Assembly (NCBI GenBank): GCA_051439505.1
Contig: JBFRWI010000051.1
Coordinates: 1 to 49,516, forward strand
Origin: Hormoscilla sp.
GTDB taxonomy: Bacteria; Cyanobacteriota; Cyanobacteriia; Cyanobacteriales; Desertifilaceae
Length of the DNA stretch: 49,516 nucleotides
Reading direction: 5' to 3'
The notes below the pieces were generated by a model. The model ran no database searches. It was not told where the DNA came from and was given only the letters and a program-made list of their open reading frames with translations. The translations under genes and the position numbers were made by a program. Numbering within the stretch: the first letter of the stretch is position 1; each line of letters starts with the position of its first letter. Positions 49,352-49,516 of this stretch are shown here, piece after piece.

Positions 49352-49477
49352 CAGCGGCGCAACGGTTGCAGACAGCGGCGCACCGGTTGCAGACAGCGGC
49401 GCAACGGTAGCAGACAGCGGCGCAACGGTTGCAGACAGACGCGCAACGGTGCCAGACAGGGGCGCGCGGGTCGCTTA
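49352..49477. repeat. 21-bp tandem repeat (CAGCGGCGCAACGGTTGCAGA), five copies plus degenerate ones
   Basis: Units at 49352, 49373, 49394, 49415 and 49436; degenerate unit at 49457. Confidence 0.9.
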
Positions 49478-49516
49478 GACCCGGCAGACGGTGACGGCGA
49501 GCCGCACAACGGTTAC

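Noticed and set aside
49086..49478. 130-aa ORF at the right edge
   Set aside because: It is built from repeat elements and a 21-bp minisatellite, with no protein family signal.

Overview
This is a chromosomal window from a cyanobacterium, probably a filamentous Oscillatoriales-type strain. The assignment rests on abundant HIP1 octamers (GCGATCGC), chlB, GUN4, HpsJ-like and FraH-like genes, and heptamer STRR repeats. The backbone is housekeeping: coaX, argH, ftsY, nusB, pgl, galT, chlB, rph, an adk paralogue, purH and gntK. Accessory material is interspersed: (1) a DUF262 protein at the left edge; (2) a 1451-aa TPR-CHAT protease with 14 near-identical 138-bp repeats that vary mainly at one helical face, preceded by a phased 5x12-bp array and a divergent nuclease-like/acidic gene pair; (3) an MtrA-like/ThyA/DUF4346 thymidylate synthase coupled to a dCMP deaminase, next to the cobO-like gene where many cyanobacteria carry dcd-thyX; (4) an IS607-type HTH fused to GUN4; (5) a phosphorothioation-associated methyltransferase with no dnd genes in the window; (6) several decayed toxin-antitoxin-type genes; and (7) many REP-like repeats and MITEs, some nested or with target-site duplications, plus a 7x33-bp REP-derived tandem array. 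I found no rRNA, tRNA, CRISPR array or intact transposase. All family assignments come from motif recognition by eye, not from database searches.
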